NCBI GenBank assembly: GCA_963809665.1
Contig: CAWEKC010000001.1
Coordinates: 94,209-158,208 of the forward strand
Origin: Candidatus Gottesmanbacteria bacterium
Lineage (GTDB): Bacteria > Patescibacteriota > Microgenomatia > UBA10105 > UBA927
Direction of reading: 5' to 3'
Length of the DNA: 64,000 bases
The notes under the pieces were generated by a model, which searched no databases, was not told where the DNA came from, and saw nothing but the letters and a program-made list of their open reading frames with translations. This document shows positions 10,475 to 19,876 of this stretch, piece after piece. The position numbers were made by a program, and so were the translations under genes. The first letter of the stretch is position 1, and each line of letters opens with the position of its first letter.

Positions 10475-11061
10475 AGGGACATTATACTGCGTTTCGTGCG
10501 CGTTTCAACGACACGATCCAATGCGCTTTGAATAAATCCCCGGACAAGAAGTTCCCCGGCACGATGCCGGGATAAACCGCGGGACATAAGATACCAGAGT
10601 TGTTCCGTGTCAACAGGCCCGCTAGCGGCGCCGTGCGTACAGTGCACATCGTCGGTAAGAATTTCAAGTGACGGCCGGCTCCGGGCGTATGCGTTGTCCG
10701 AAAGAAGTAAATTATCATTCCTCTGGTGTGCTATGGTTTTCCGGGCGACCTTCTCAACACGGATACTTCCGTCATACAGGCATTCTGCATGGCCGGACAG
10801 GACGGATTTTACCAGCACGTCGCTTGCGGTATGGGGTGCCTCATGGATCTGTATGGTGCGGACGGATACTTTCTCACTATTACTCCCGATGATAATACCC
10901 GTAACAGCAACTGAAGCCCCTGGCCCCACGAGCCTGACGCCGAGGGTAACCGCAGCGCTGCGTACGTTTACGGAGGCAAAAACTATTGAAAGCTTCGAGC
11001 CTGCTTTAACCGTAAAATTGTGATTATTTTCACCCTCTGTAACTTGTATAAACTTGTGCAT
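10459..11061 (-). CDS. sufD: Fe-S cluster assembly protein SufD (short)
   Basis: PSLEILTDDVHCTHGA, QLWYLMSRGL; operon position. Confidence 0.9.
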   Translation of the reverse strand: MHKFIQVTEGENNHNFTVKAGSKLSIVFASVNVRSAAVTLGVRLVGPGASVAVTGIIIGSNSEKVSVRTIQIHEAPHTASDVLVKSVLSGHAECLYDGSIRVEKVARKTIAHQRNDNLLLSDNAYARSRPSLEILTDDVHCTHGAASGPVDTEQLWYLMSRGLSRHRAGELLVRGFIQSALDRVVETRTKRSIMSLWEIT

Positions 11062-11095
11062 ATTTTAGTACAAACTAGTACAAACTAGTATAAAC
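11041..11095. repeat. Degenerate 10-bp tandem repeat (TAGTAYAAAC x3 plus AACTTGTRYA x2) across the sufB-sufD junction
   Basis: tagtacaaac at 11066 and 11076, tagtataaac at 11086; aacttgtata and aacttgtgca at 11041 and 11051. Confidence 0.7.
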
Positions 11096-11103
11096 GACTA
11101 CAT

Positions 11104-12468
11104 TTAACCTGTAGAGCCTTCGAGCTCCAGTTCGATCAGCCTGTTCATCTCTACGGCATACTCCAGGGGCAGTTCCTTCACAACCGGCTCGATAAACCCG
11201 TTCACGATCAGTGACTGGGCTGCATCCCTCCCTATCCCGCGGCTTTGTAAATAAAATAGTTGTTCATCACCGATTTTGGATACCGTCGCCTCGTGTTCAA
11301 TCTGAGCATGCCTGCCGTGTATTTTCATGTCCGGATACGTATCGCTGCGGGAGTCCTTATCCAGAATAAGCGCGTCGCAGACTGATTTGCATTTGGCTCC
11401 CTCGGCGTCCTGAGAAATAGAAACCAACCCGCGGAAAGATGTCCGGCCGCCGCCGCGGGAAACGGATTTGGATATGATCCGGGACGACGTCTGCGGGGCG
11501 AGATGAATCATTTTTCCTCCCGCATCCTGATGCTGGCCGGAACCTGCGAACGCCACCGACAGCAACTCCCCGCGGGCACGGCGTCCCGCAAGAATTATGC
11601 CCGGGTATTTCATCGTACATTTGCTGCCGATGTTTCCGTCTACCCATTCCATGATTGCCTCTTCACCGGCCCACGCGCGTTTCGTGACTAAGTTATATAC
11701 ATTCGTACTCCAGTTCTGGATTGTGGTGTAGCGGACCCGTGCACCTTTTTTTACAATTATTTCCACAACGGCTGCGTGCAGAGAATCCGTTGTGTACATG
11801 GGAGCGGTGCATCCTTCGACGTAATGCACGAAACTTCCTTCGTCCGCAATGATGAGCGTCCGCTCAAACTGACCCATGGAGGCGGCGTTAATGCGGAAAT
11901 ACGCGTTTAAAGGAAGTTCAACCCGTACACCTTTGGGGATATACAAAAATGTGCCTCCGCTCCACACGGCGCCGTTTAAGGCTGCAAACTTATTGTCAGT
12001 CACCGGCACGACCGACCCGAAATATTTTTTCACTAATTGCGGATACTCACGGAGGCCTGAATCCATGTCCAAAAACACCACGCCCTTTTTTTCAAGCATA
12101 CGATTGATACTTTTGTACACGACTTCCGATTCATATTGTGCGGAGACTCCGGCAAGGAATTTTTTCTCCGCTTCGGGGACGCCGATTCTGTCGTAGGTAT
12201 TTTTTATTTCCTTCGGTAACGCGTCCCATGAACTGACCGGGTGTTGGGTCGGCTTGAGGTAATAATACAGATTGTCGAAATCCAACCCCGACAAATCACC
12301 GCCCCAGGCAGGTAAAGGTGTCTGTTGAAATATCTTCAACGCGCGCAGGCGCTCTTCATACATCCATTCCGGTTCATTCTTGTGCCGGCTGATATCGGCA
12401 ACGACCTCTTTGCTAAGACCCCGTTTGGATCTGAAGACGTACGTATACCGGTCAGCGGTACTCTTCAT
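11104..12468 (-). CDS. sufB: Fe-S cluster assembly protein SufB
   Basis: [31 protein letters not shown]. Confidence 0.97.
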   Translation of the reverse strand: MKSTADRYTYVFRSKRGLSKEVVADISRHKNEPEWMYEERLRALKIFQQTPLPAWGGDLSGLDFDNLYYYLKPTQHPVSSWDALPKEIKNTYDRIGVPEAEKKFLAGVSAQYESEVVYKSINRMLEKKGVVFLDMDSGLREYPQLVKKYFGSVVPVTDNKFAALNGAVWSGGTFLYIPKGVRVELPLNAYFRINAASMGQFERTLIIADEGSFVHYVEGCTAPMYTTDSLHAAVVEIIVKKGARVRYTTIQNWSTNVYNLVTKRAWAGEEAIMEWVDGNIGSKCTMKYPGIILAGRRARGELLSVAFAGSGQHQDAGGKMIHLAPQTSSRIISKSVSRGGGRTSFRGLVSISQDAEGAKCKSVCDALILDKDSRSDTYPDMKIHGRHAQIEHEATVSKIGDEQLFYLQSRGIGRDAAQSLIVNGFIEPVVKELPLEYAVEMNRLIELELEGSTG

Positions 12469-13246
12469 ACCCCTTTTCCTCCAGAATCTCCGCTAACCCC
12501 GCATTTCCCGTTTTCACTATTTTCCCGTTTACCAAAACATGAACGACATCGGGCTGTATATATTTCAAAATCCGCCGGTAATGGGTAATGATAATTACCC
12601 CGGTTCCGTTTTTGACAAGTATACGTATTGCGTTGGCAACAATTTTCAACGCGTCCACATCAAGACCCGTATCAATTTCATCGAAGACCGCAAACTTGGG
12701 TCTCAGCGTAAGCGCGGTGAGCATTTCTATCTTCTTTTTTTCTCCGCCGGAGAACCCGTCGTTGATGCCGCGGGACAAAAATGACTCATCGATGTGTAAT
12801 TCTTTTGCATATTTTTTCACCATGTCGGTAAATTCCAGAATCGTCATGCCTGCGGCGACCCACCGGCGCGAAAGCAGTGGATTATGACTCACGGTGCGTT
12901 TGGATCGTTTTGTTGCATGAAGCTCCTGATATGCGGACCGTAAGAGCTGTACGACAGAAACACCCGGTACGGCAACCGGGGACTGTAATGCAAGGAACAA
13001 TCCGCGTTTGGCGCGTTCTTCCGTCGGGAGATCTGAAATATCTTTATTGTTCAGTAAAATTTTTGATTTCGTCGAAACGATTTTTACATCGGGGTGTCCC
13101 ATAAGGGCATACGCAAGCGTAGATTTCCCGCTGCCGTTGGGTCCCATCACCGCATGGACTTCACCGCTACCAACGGTGAGCGTGATGCCGCGAAGAATTT
13201 CTTTACCAGCAACAGACGCGTGAATATTAGAGAGAATTAGTGACAT
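12452..13246 (-). CDS. sufC: Fe-S cluster assembly ATPase SufC
   Basis: [30 protein letters not shown]; alternative start 13252. Confidence 0.96.
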   Translation of the reverse strand: MSLILSNIHASVAGKEILRGITLTVGSGEVHAVMGPNGSGKSTLAYALMGHPDVKIVSTKSKILLNNKDISDLPTEERAKRGLFLALQSPVAVPGVSVVQLLRSAYQELHATKRSKRTVSHNPLLSRRWVAAGMTILEFTDMVKKYAKELHIDESFLSRGINDGFSGGEKKKIEMLTALTLRPKFAVFDEIDTGLDVDALKIVANAIRILVKNGTGVIIITHYRRILKYIQPDVVHVLVNGKIVKTGNAGLAEILEEKGYEEYR

Positions 13247-14012
13247 GATCATTTTTCCCCATAAACACTTCCGTCGTGCCGTGCATCCGGAGAATAAAAT
13301 ATTCGTGTTTCAGAAGCGGATTAGTCCGTAGCGACAGGAACCGGTTTACATCTTCCTGTTGGGAAACGTGCGACAGCAGTGCTTTCTTTTTGGCACTACC
13401 GAATTTCATAATGTTTATAACGGTGGTAATATTTTTATCCGGTGTTCCCCGCCAGGGTTTGCCGAACGATTCGGCCGGCAACGTTTTCTTTTTCTGCAAA
13501 TACCGGGCAACGGATTCGGGCATACAGGCATAATAAAGTTTGGGAAACAGCTGTACGGATACTTCCTGATCTTTTAACTGCTCTTCAATCCATGCCGCAT
13601 ATTTCTGGAATGCATATGTGGTTACAAAACACATTTTAATATGGTCAGGGTGATTGCTTATGCCGATTGTGTCCATGGTCACGACCGTGTCCGGCACCAG
13701 TTCTTCCATTTTTTTGTACACTGTATCTTCCAACTCTCCGGGAGTCAGGCTGGACAACGCTGCGTCCCTGTATCCCAAAAACGTAATAGAGTTAATGCCG
13801 AGGGTACTCCCCGCTTTTTGCAGTTCTTTCTGCCGGATATCACCCAATTGGTTTTGGTTAATATCCATGAATGGCCCGTGGCTCCCTTCCTCCCCCCGTG
13901 TGGCGCAGATAAGATCTACTTTCCATCCGGCTGCGACGTATTTTGCAACGGTTCCCCCGCAACTGAAAGACTCATCGTCCGGATGCGCAAAAACCAGTAA
14001 CAAGCGTTTCAT
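13227..14012 (-). CDS. PIG-L/LmbE family N-acetyl deacetylase (MshB/BshB-like)
   Basis: AHPDDE, TRGEEG, HPDH metal-binding motifs, HVSQ. Confidence 0.92.
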   Translation of the reverse strand: MKRLLLVFAHPDDESFSCGGTVAKYVAAGWKVDLICATRGEEGSHGPFMDINQNQLGDIRQKELQKAGSTLGINSITFLGYRDAALSSLTPGELEDTVYKKMEELVPDTVVTMDTIGISNHPDHIKMCFVTTYAFQKYAAWIEEQLKDQEVSVQLFPKLYYACMPESVARYLQKKKTLPAESFGKPWRGTPDKNITTVINIMKFGSAKKKALLSHVSQQEDVNRFLSLRTNPLLKHEYFILRMHGTTEVFMGKNDHVTNSL

Positions 14013-14061
14013 AGTCCATATAGTATCACAATTTGTATGTGATACACTTTACCTAGGGGTG

Positions 14062-14262
14062 ATGAAAATGAAATTAATTAAAACTGCAAGGAAATACCTT
14101 CGTGCTCATTCTGACTTCAACGGGCTCATCTTTTTGCTGTTCGGTGTCGGAATCGGCGTCCTGATAACATATCCGTTTGCGGGAATTCATCCGGTTCGCT
14201 TCGGATTCCTGTTTCTTGCACTTGGGATTTTGGGATACATCTGGGCGGCTACACAACGTTAA
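14062..14262 (+). CDS. Small two-TM membrane protein
   Basis: C-terminal part of track ORF 13654..14262 (MKMKLIKTARKYL...GIHPVRFG...); AGGGGTG RBS-like sequence. Confidence 0.7.
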   Translation: MKMKLIKTARKYLRAHSDFNGLIFLLFGVGIGVLITYPFAGIHPVRFGFLFLALGILGYIWAATQR

Positions 14263-14807
14263 CGGCTATAGACACCCACCAGAAGCGATTCCATCATGAC
14301 ATGGCCGTGCATTGCCTTTTCCACATCCGCTTTCGTCGCTTTGCCGTCCAATCCCAGCTTTGCATCCAGCGCATACAGCGTAAAGAAATACCTGTGTTGG
14401 CCGCTCGGCGGGCACGGCGGCGTATATCCCACAACTCCTGCTGAATTTGTGCCTTCCTGAGACTCAACCGGCGTCGCACCTTCTGCAACCGTATTCGTAT
14501 CGGTATGAATGTTCCAGATAACCCAGTGTGTAAAGGTCCCGCTGGGTGCGTCGGGATCATCGACTATGAGAGCGAGTGATTTAGCCGAAGACGGGACGCC
14601 GGATATGGAAAGCGGCGGATGTGCTTTGCGACCGTCACAGGTGAATTGAACGGGAATTTTCTGATAATTTTCAAACGCAGGACTTATAAGCTTCATACCT
14701 ATCTGTACCGCCGGTATGACCGGGGTGAGTGCCGGGCGGAAAATATAATATACGCCTAATGCAACTATACAAAGTATACCACCGGCGATCAGTATGCTTC
14801 TCTTCAC
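14259..14807 (-). CDS. YbhB/YbcL (PEBP, Raf kinase inhibitor-like) family protein, exported
   Basis: DPDAP, FTHWVIWNI, GYTPPCPPSGQHRYFF. Confidence 0.94.
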   Translation of the reverse strand: MKRSILIAGGILCIVALGVYYIFRPALTPVIPAVQIGMKLISPAFENYQKIPVQFTCDGRKAHPPLSISGVPSSAKSLALIVDDPDAPSGTFTHWVIWNIHTDTNTVAEGATPVESQEGTNSAGVVGYTPPCPPSGQHRYFFTLYALDAKLGLDGKATKADVEKAMHGHVMMESLLVGVYSR

Positions 14808-15550
14808 AATTGTATCTTAGAAAACAGGTAGCTCCCGATTGCCAGAACGACAAGGGTCATAACCGCCAACACGCCGAAATCCGTCGCGAGACCGAAATGG
14901 GAAATACCCTCGAGCGCCCCGCGCATACCGTCGACGCCATATGATAACGGATCAATGGAGATAATAACCTTGAGTACTCCGGGCAGGTTATCCAGAGGAA
15001 ACAGCGCACCGGAAAGGAAAAAAAGCGGCATGATAAGAAAATTCATAATCAGCTGGAATCCCTGCATATCCTCCAACACCGACGCAATCGCGGTACCTAC
15101 CGCGGTGAATAGCATCGCGGTAAGGAACATAAAAACGAATGCAAGACCCAGACCCCCCCAACTTGACGGACGGAACCCTGCAAAGAACGAAAGCGCAAAT
15201 ACGATCACGCCCTGTATCATGGCAACGGTCGCGCCTCCCAGCGTCCGGCCGATCATAATTTCATACCGTGAAACCGGAGCAACCAACGTTTCTTTAAGAA
15301 AACCAAACTGCCGGTCCCAGATAATTTCTATACCGGAAAATACTGCAGTAAACAGTACACTCATGGCCACAATACCCGGCACGAGGAACTGGATATAGTT
15401 CCCCTGCCCTGCTTTCTGGAAAACCGGTCCGAGCCCGAATCCTAATGCCACTAAAAATAAAATCGGCTGCCCCAAAGACCCGATGATCCTGGAACGGCTG
15501 CGGAAGTACCGCTTAAGCTGACGAATCCATAAAATATAAATTGTATTCAT
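14804..15550 (-). CDS. ABC-2 type exporter permease
   Basis: About 6 TM, DRQFGFLKETLVAP, FLSGALFP, PLSYGVD. Confidence 0.92.
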   Translation of the reverse strand: MNTIYILWIRQLKRYFRSRSRIIGSLGQPILFLVALGFGLGPVFQKAGQGNYIQFLVPGIVAMSVLFTAVFSGIEIIWDRQFGFLKETLVAPVSRYEIMIGRTLGGATVAMIQGVIVFALSFFAGFRPSSWGGLGLAFVFMFLTAMLFTAVGTAIASVLEDMQGFQLIMNFLIMPLFFLSGALFPLDNLPGVLKVIISIDPLSYGVDGMRGALEGISHFGLATDFGVLAVMTLVVLAIGSYLFSKIQL

Positions 15551-15556
15551 AAATAG

Positions 15557-16354
15557 TTAATGCCGCCACATCCGGCGATTCTGCCGCATATGGTCGGCGG
15601 CAGACGCTTCTTCATCACGTATGGCATGCCCCGTATATTTGAGAAACGCCTCTTCGAGCGTTGCGGTTTTTGTTTTCTTTTTCAGTTCGTCCGGCGTACC
15701 GCTTGCAACGATCTTTCCGTGGTCAATGACGATAATACGCGCGGCAACTTTTTCCGCCTCTTCGATATAATGGGTAGTAAAAAATATGGTGATATGTTCT
15801 TTTTGGTTCAGATTGAGGACGTAGTCCCACATATGATTTCTCGTTTGCGGGTCCAGACCGATCGTCGGCTCATCCAGGAAAAATATCCTCGGGTGATGCA
15901 GGAGTCCGCGCGCAATCTCAAGACGCCGCTTCATACCGCCGGAAAATGTTTTTACCAATGCGTTTTTCCGGTCCCACAGTTCCACAAATTTCATGAGTTC
16001 CTCAATCCGCGACCGCCGGATTTGTTTGGGTACGCTGTACAATACCCCGTGGAATTCCAGGTTTTCCCATGCAGTGAGTTCATCATCCAGACTCGGATCC
16101 TGGAATACGATACCGAAGGTACGGCGGGCATCTTCCTGATTCGCAATAACGTCGCTGCCGTTGAGGTGAACCGCTCCGGTTGTAGGAGCCAGAAGCGTGG
16201 TGAGCATTTTAATCGTTGTTGTTTTTCCGGCTCCGTTAGGCCCCAAAAAAGCAACAATCTCCCCTTTTCCGACAGTGAAGGAAATATCTTTTACAGCAGT
16301 AAAATCACCGAATTTCTTCGTCAGATGGTCAACGGATATAATCGTATCTTTCAT
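15557..16354 (-). CDS. ABC exporter ATP-binding subunit (DrrA-like)
   Basis: GPNGAGKTT, FSGGMKRR, LDEPTIGLD. Confidence 0.94.
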   Translation of the reverse strand: MKDTIISVDHLTKKFGDFTAVKDISFTVGKGEIVAFLGPNGAGKTTTIKMLTTLLAPTTGAVHLNGSDVIANQEDARRTFGIVFQDPSLDDELTAWENLEFHGVLYSVPKQIRRSRIEELMKFVELWDRKNALVKTFSGGMKRRLEIARGLLHHPRIFFLDEPTIGLDPQTRNHMWDYVLNLNQKEHITIFFTTHYIEEAEKVAARIIVIDHGKIVASGTPDELKKKTKTATLEEAFLKYTGHAIRDEEASAADHMRQNRRMWRH

Positions 16355-16514
16355 ACACAAGAATATTTATTATACATCATTTTAAAAAGATTTCAGCATG
16401 ATGGGAAAACCTATTTTTATCTAATTACCGCGTAAGAACGTGTATATTTGATTAAATACGTTATAATAACGTCCATATATGGCGAAAGAACGACCCGTAC
16501 GAAAAATTAATTCT

Positions 16515-16545
16515 TCAGCAAAGTCTCAGAATCATGACCTACACT
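16515..16545 (+). promoter_or_regulatory. Putative OmpR-family activator-dependent promoter (copy 1)
   Basis: TCAG(16515)-caaagtc-TCAG(16526)-N10-TACACT(16540), then 8 nt to in-frame ATG 16554. Confidence 0.65.
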
Positions 16546-16553
16546 TAACACAT

Positions 16554-17852
16554 ATGTCTCCTAAAGACCGAGCTGTTGCTGCTAAAAACTGGTTTTTTGC
16601 CAGATCACTGATTGTCAAAATCATTATAGTTATTGCGGTACTGGGAATCGGCTGGTTCGCAATTTCGAAATTCCGGGGCAATAGCGCAAAAACAACCTAT
16701 CAAACGGAGACGGTAACAAAAGGTACGCTTATCGTAACCGTGACGGCATCGGGAAATGTATCAAGCGCCAATAGCGCGGTTGTCAACACACAAGCGTCCG
16801 GAGTCGTGTCCCAAATCTTCGTGAAAAACGGCGACCAGGTTACATCCGGCACTGCGATAGCACAGGTTGACCTTGATATGAACGGAAAACAACGGGCTGA
16901 CCAGGCGTTGGCCTCGTATCAGAGCGCACAGAACCAGGTAAACAGCGCTCAGGCGAATATGTATTCGCTGCAATCAGCATTGTTCTCTAAATGGAAAATC
17001 TATACGGACATTGCGGAAAATTCCACATACCAAAATCCGGACGGGAGCGCGAATACAAGTAACCGGACACTCACACAGTTTACGACCGTACAGGATGACT
17101 GGCTCGCGGCCGAAGCGCAATATAAAAACCAGCAGGGCGTCGTAGCTGCCGCCCAAACATCGCTTTCAAGTGCCTGGGCGAATTACCAGCAAACGTCCCC
17201 GACAATTTATGCACCGATTACAGGTACTATCAGCGGACTGTCATTCCAGGTGGGATCGGTACTTACCGCACAGACCAGTTCAACAGGAACATCAACTAGC
17301 CAGCGTATTGCCAACATCAAAACATCGGCTGCGCCGGTGGCCATCGTCGATTTAAACGAGGTTGACGTACCAAAAGTCGTGGTAGGAGACAAAGCAACCC
17401 TGACGATGGATGCATTCCCCAATGAAACCTTTACGGGAAAAATCGTCAGCATCGATACCACCGGCTCCGTCTCATCCGGAGTAACAACATATCCGGCATA
17501 TATCAACTACGATTCTGCAATCGACGGAATTTATCCCAATATGGCGGTGGACGCAAGTATAATAACGACGGTAAAGGATAATGTTGTCCTCGTCCCGAAC
17601 GCTGCAGTCCAGACATCCACAAGCGGCCAGACGACCGTCCGCATAATGAAAAACGGACAGGTGAATACCGTTGATATCACCACCGGAGCAAGCAATGACA
17701 CGCAAACCGAAATTGTTTCAGGGGTCACAGAGGGCGATACCGTCGTCACCGGTGTAACGACCACGGGTACTACCGGCACATCAACGTCTCCGTTCAGCTC
17801 GTTCGGAGGCGGAGGAGGCGGAGGTTTCCGCGCGGTATCAGGAGGCCGGTAA
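16554..17852 (+). CDS. MacA-like membrane-fusion (periplasmic adaptor) subunit
   Basis: N-terminal TM, lipoyl halves (GVVSQIFVKNGDQV / IYAPITGTI), coiled-coil hairpin, Gly-rich tail; track start 16479, but the promoter motif favours in-frame ATG 16554. Confidence 0.9.
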   Translation: MSPKDRAVAAKNWFFARSLIVKIIIVIAVLGIGWFAISKFRGNSAKTTYQTETVTKGTLIVTVTASGNVSSANSAVVNTQASGVVSQIFVKNGDQVTSGTAIAQVDLDMNGKQRADQALASYQSAQNQVNSAQANMYSLQSALFSKWKIYTDIAENSTYQNPDGSANTSNRTLTQFTTVQDDWLAAEAQYKNQQGVVAAAQTSLSSAWANYQQTSPTIYAPITGTISGLSFQVGSVLTAQTSSTGTSTSQRIANIKTSAAPVAIVDLNEVDVPKVVVGDKATLTMDAFPNETFTGKIVSIDTTGSVSSGVTTYPAYINYDSAIDGIYPNMAVDASIITTVKDNVVLVPNAAVQTSTSGQTTVRIMKNGQVNTVDITTGASNDTQTEIVSGVTEGDTVVTGVTTTGTTGTSTSPFSSFGGGGGGGFRAVSGGR

Positions 17853-17854
17853 AT

Positions 17855-18586
17855 ATGGCCACCCCAAAACCTATTATTCAGGTTACCCACCTGTCAAAGG
17901 TATATACAACTGAATCCGTTGAAACTACGGCGGTTGATGACGTTTCTTTTACGATTAAAAAAGGTGAATTTGTCGCCATTATGGGACCTTCGGGATCGGG
18001 AAAATCCACGCTTATGCATATCCTGGGGGCGCTGGACCGTCCGACAAGCGGCACGTATATTCTCGACGGGGAAAATGTGGAGAATCTTTCTGATGATCAA
18101 CTCGCGGATATCCGGAATAAAAAAATCGGTTTCGTATTCCAGGCGTTTAATCTGCTTCCCCGTACGACGACCATGAAGAATGTCATGCTGCCGATGATGT
18201 ATGCAGGAGTACCGAAGGCGGAGCGTCAGGAAACAGCAAAAAAATTTCTTGAAATGGTAGGACTGGGCAACCGGCTCTATCACACCTCCAACCAAATCTC
18301 CGGAGGCCAGCAGCAGCGGGTCGCTATCGCACGTGCACTGGTTCTAAATCCGGCACTCCTTCTTGCCGATGAACCGACCGGCAATATTGCAACCACACAG
18401 GCAGAAGAAATAATGGCTATTTTCCAGAAGTTAAATAGTGAGGGACATACGATCGTCATGATTACGCATGAACCGGATATCGCCGAACATGCTAAGCGTG
18501 TGATATACGTCCGTGACGGAAAAATAGTGAAAGACGGAGACGGACATACACAGCGAAAGGCACGGTTTACCTATGGAACTGACTGA
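17855..18586 (+). CDS. MacB/LolD-type ABC ATP-binding protein
   Basis: GPSGSGKST, ISGGQQQRVAIARAL, ADEPTGN. Confidence 0.95.
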   Translation: MATPKPIIQVTHLSKVYTTESVETTAVDDVSFTIKKGEFVAIMGPSGSGKSTLMHILGALDRPTSGTYILDGENVENLSDDQLADIRNKKIGFVFQAFNLLPRTTTMKNVMLPMMYAGVPKAERQETAKKFLEMVGLGNRLYHTSNQISGGQQQRVAIARALVLNPALLLADEPTGNIATTQAEEIMAIFQKLNSEGHTIVMITHEPDIAEHAKRVIYVRDGKIVKDGDGHTQRKARFTYGTD

Positions 18587-19796
18587 ACTCATAGTCGAAA
18601 GTCTGCAAACTCTGAGAACTAATACACTCCGGACCGGTTTGGCAATTTTGGGTATTGTTATCGGTATCGGCAGCGTGATCGCCCTCGTTTCCCTGGGTGA
18701 GGCAACCCAAGCGTCAGTACAAAGCCAAATCCAGTCGCTCGGCGCAAATCTTCTGACGGTCCAGCCGTCCGCCCAAAGAACCGGTGCGGTCCAGGGCGCT
18801 TTCGGCGGGGGCACATCACTCACGCTCTCCGATGCCAAGGCAATCGAAACTTCATCACAGATAACACTCATCCAAAACGTTTCTCCGGAATTAAGCAGAC
18901 GCACACAAGTAACGACGGGTACCAAGAACACCAATACACAAATCATCGGTGTGACACCGGCATATGAAACCGTTCATAAAGTGACGGTTGAATCCGGTTC
19001 TTTTATAACGACCCGTGATGTTGACGGAATTACCAAGGTTGCCGTCATCGGCCCTCAGGTGGTCACGGATCTCTTCGGCGCCGGCACGGCACCTATCGGC
19101 CAGACTATACGCATAAGCGGACAAACATTCAGGATTGTCGGTATTACCCAGTCCAAAGGCGGATCGGGATTCCAAAACCAGGACGATCTCATATATGTTC
19201 CTCTCACCGTTGCGCAAAAACAGCTCTTCGGCGTCGATTATTTAAGTTCCATAGCGCTTGAGGCAAAAAGTTCCGATGTAATGACCCAGGCTCAAAATCA
19301 GGTCGGATATTTTCTTTTGGCACGGCATAAATTTAACACTCCCGCTCAGGCGGATTTCTCGATATTTTCCCAGCAGGATATCCTCAACACCGCAAGTTCT
19401 ATAACAGGGACATTCACATCATTATTGTCCGGCATTGCTGCAATTTCACTCATTGTCGGCGGTATAGGAATTATGAACATCATGCTTGTCACCGTAACGG
19501 AACGGACGCGGGAAATAGGTTTACGGAAAGCCCTGGGCGCCAAAAAACGGACAATAACAGCTCAATTCTTGATGGAATCCATCATGCTCACGTTTGCGGG
19601 AGGAAGTATCGGTATCATTCTGGGTATTTTAACTTCTTATATTCTCTCCAGAATCGTCGGGTTCGGTTTTGTTATGTCATTTTACGCAATCGGCCTGGCA
19701 TTTGTCGTGTCCGCAGCAATCGGTATTCTTTTCGGCTGGTACCCTGCTAAAAAAGCCTCGGATTTACAACCCATCGAAGCACTGCGGTATGAGTAA
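18573..19796 (+). CDS. MacB/FtsX-type ABC permease
   Basis: LGIVIGIGSVI, large extracytoplasmic domain, GIMNIMLVTVTERTREIGLRKALGA, PIEALRYE. Confidence 0.95.
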   Translation: MELTELIVESLQTLRTNTLRTGLAILGIVIGIGSVIALVSLGEATQASVQSQIQSLGANLLTVQPSAQRTGAVQGAFGGGTSLTLSDAKAIETSSQITLIQNVSPELSRRTQVTTGTKNTNTQIIGVTPAYETVHKVTVESGSFITTRDVDGITKVAVIGPQVVTDLFGAGTAPIGQTIRISGQTFRIVGITQSKGGSGFQNQDDLIYVPLTVAQKQLFGVDYLSSIALEAKSSDVMTQAQNQVGYFLLARHKFNTPAQADFSIFSQQDILNTASSITGTFTSLLSGIAAISLIVGGIGIMNIMLVTVTERTREIGLRKALGAKKRTITAQFLMESIMLTFAGGSIGIILGILTSYILSRIVGFGFVMSFYAIGLAFVVSAAIGILFGWYPAKKASDLQPIEALRYE

Positions 19797-19806
19797 TTGT
19801 TTTTTT

Positions 19807-19831
19807 GTCATCCCCGACTCGATCGGGGATC
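19807..19831. repeat. REP-like palindrome GTCATCCCCGA-CTCGA-TCGGGGATC
   Basis: ATCCCCGA/TCGGGGAT inverted repeat just after the permease stop; may also act as a terminator. Confidence 0.6.
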
Positions 19832-19837
19832 TGCCTT

Positions 19838-19868
19838 TCAGTCAATCCTCAGATAATTTCAATAATAT
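19838..19868 (+). promoter_or_regulatory. Putative OmpR-family activator-dependent promoter (copy 2)
   Basis: TCAG(19838)-tcaatcc-TCAG(19849)-N10-TAATAT(19863), then 8 nt to ATG 19877. Confidence 0.6.
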
Positions 19869-19876
19869 GTATGTAA

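Noticed and set aside
11066-11095. Short repeats considered as a CRISPR array
   Set aside because: 10-bp units without spacers, and no cas genes in the window
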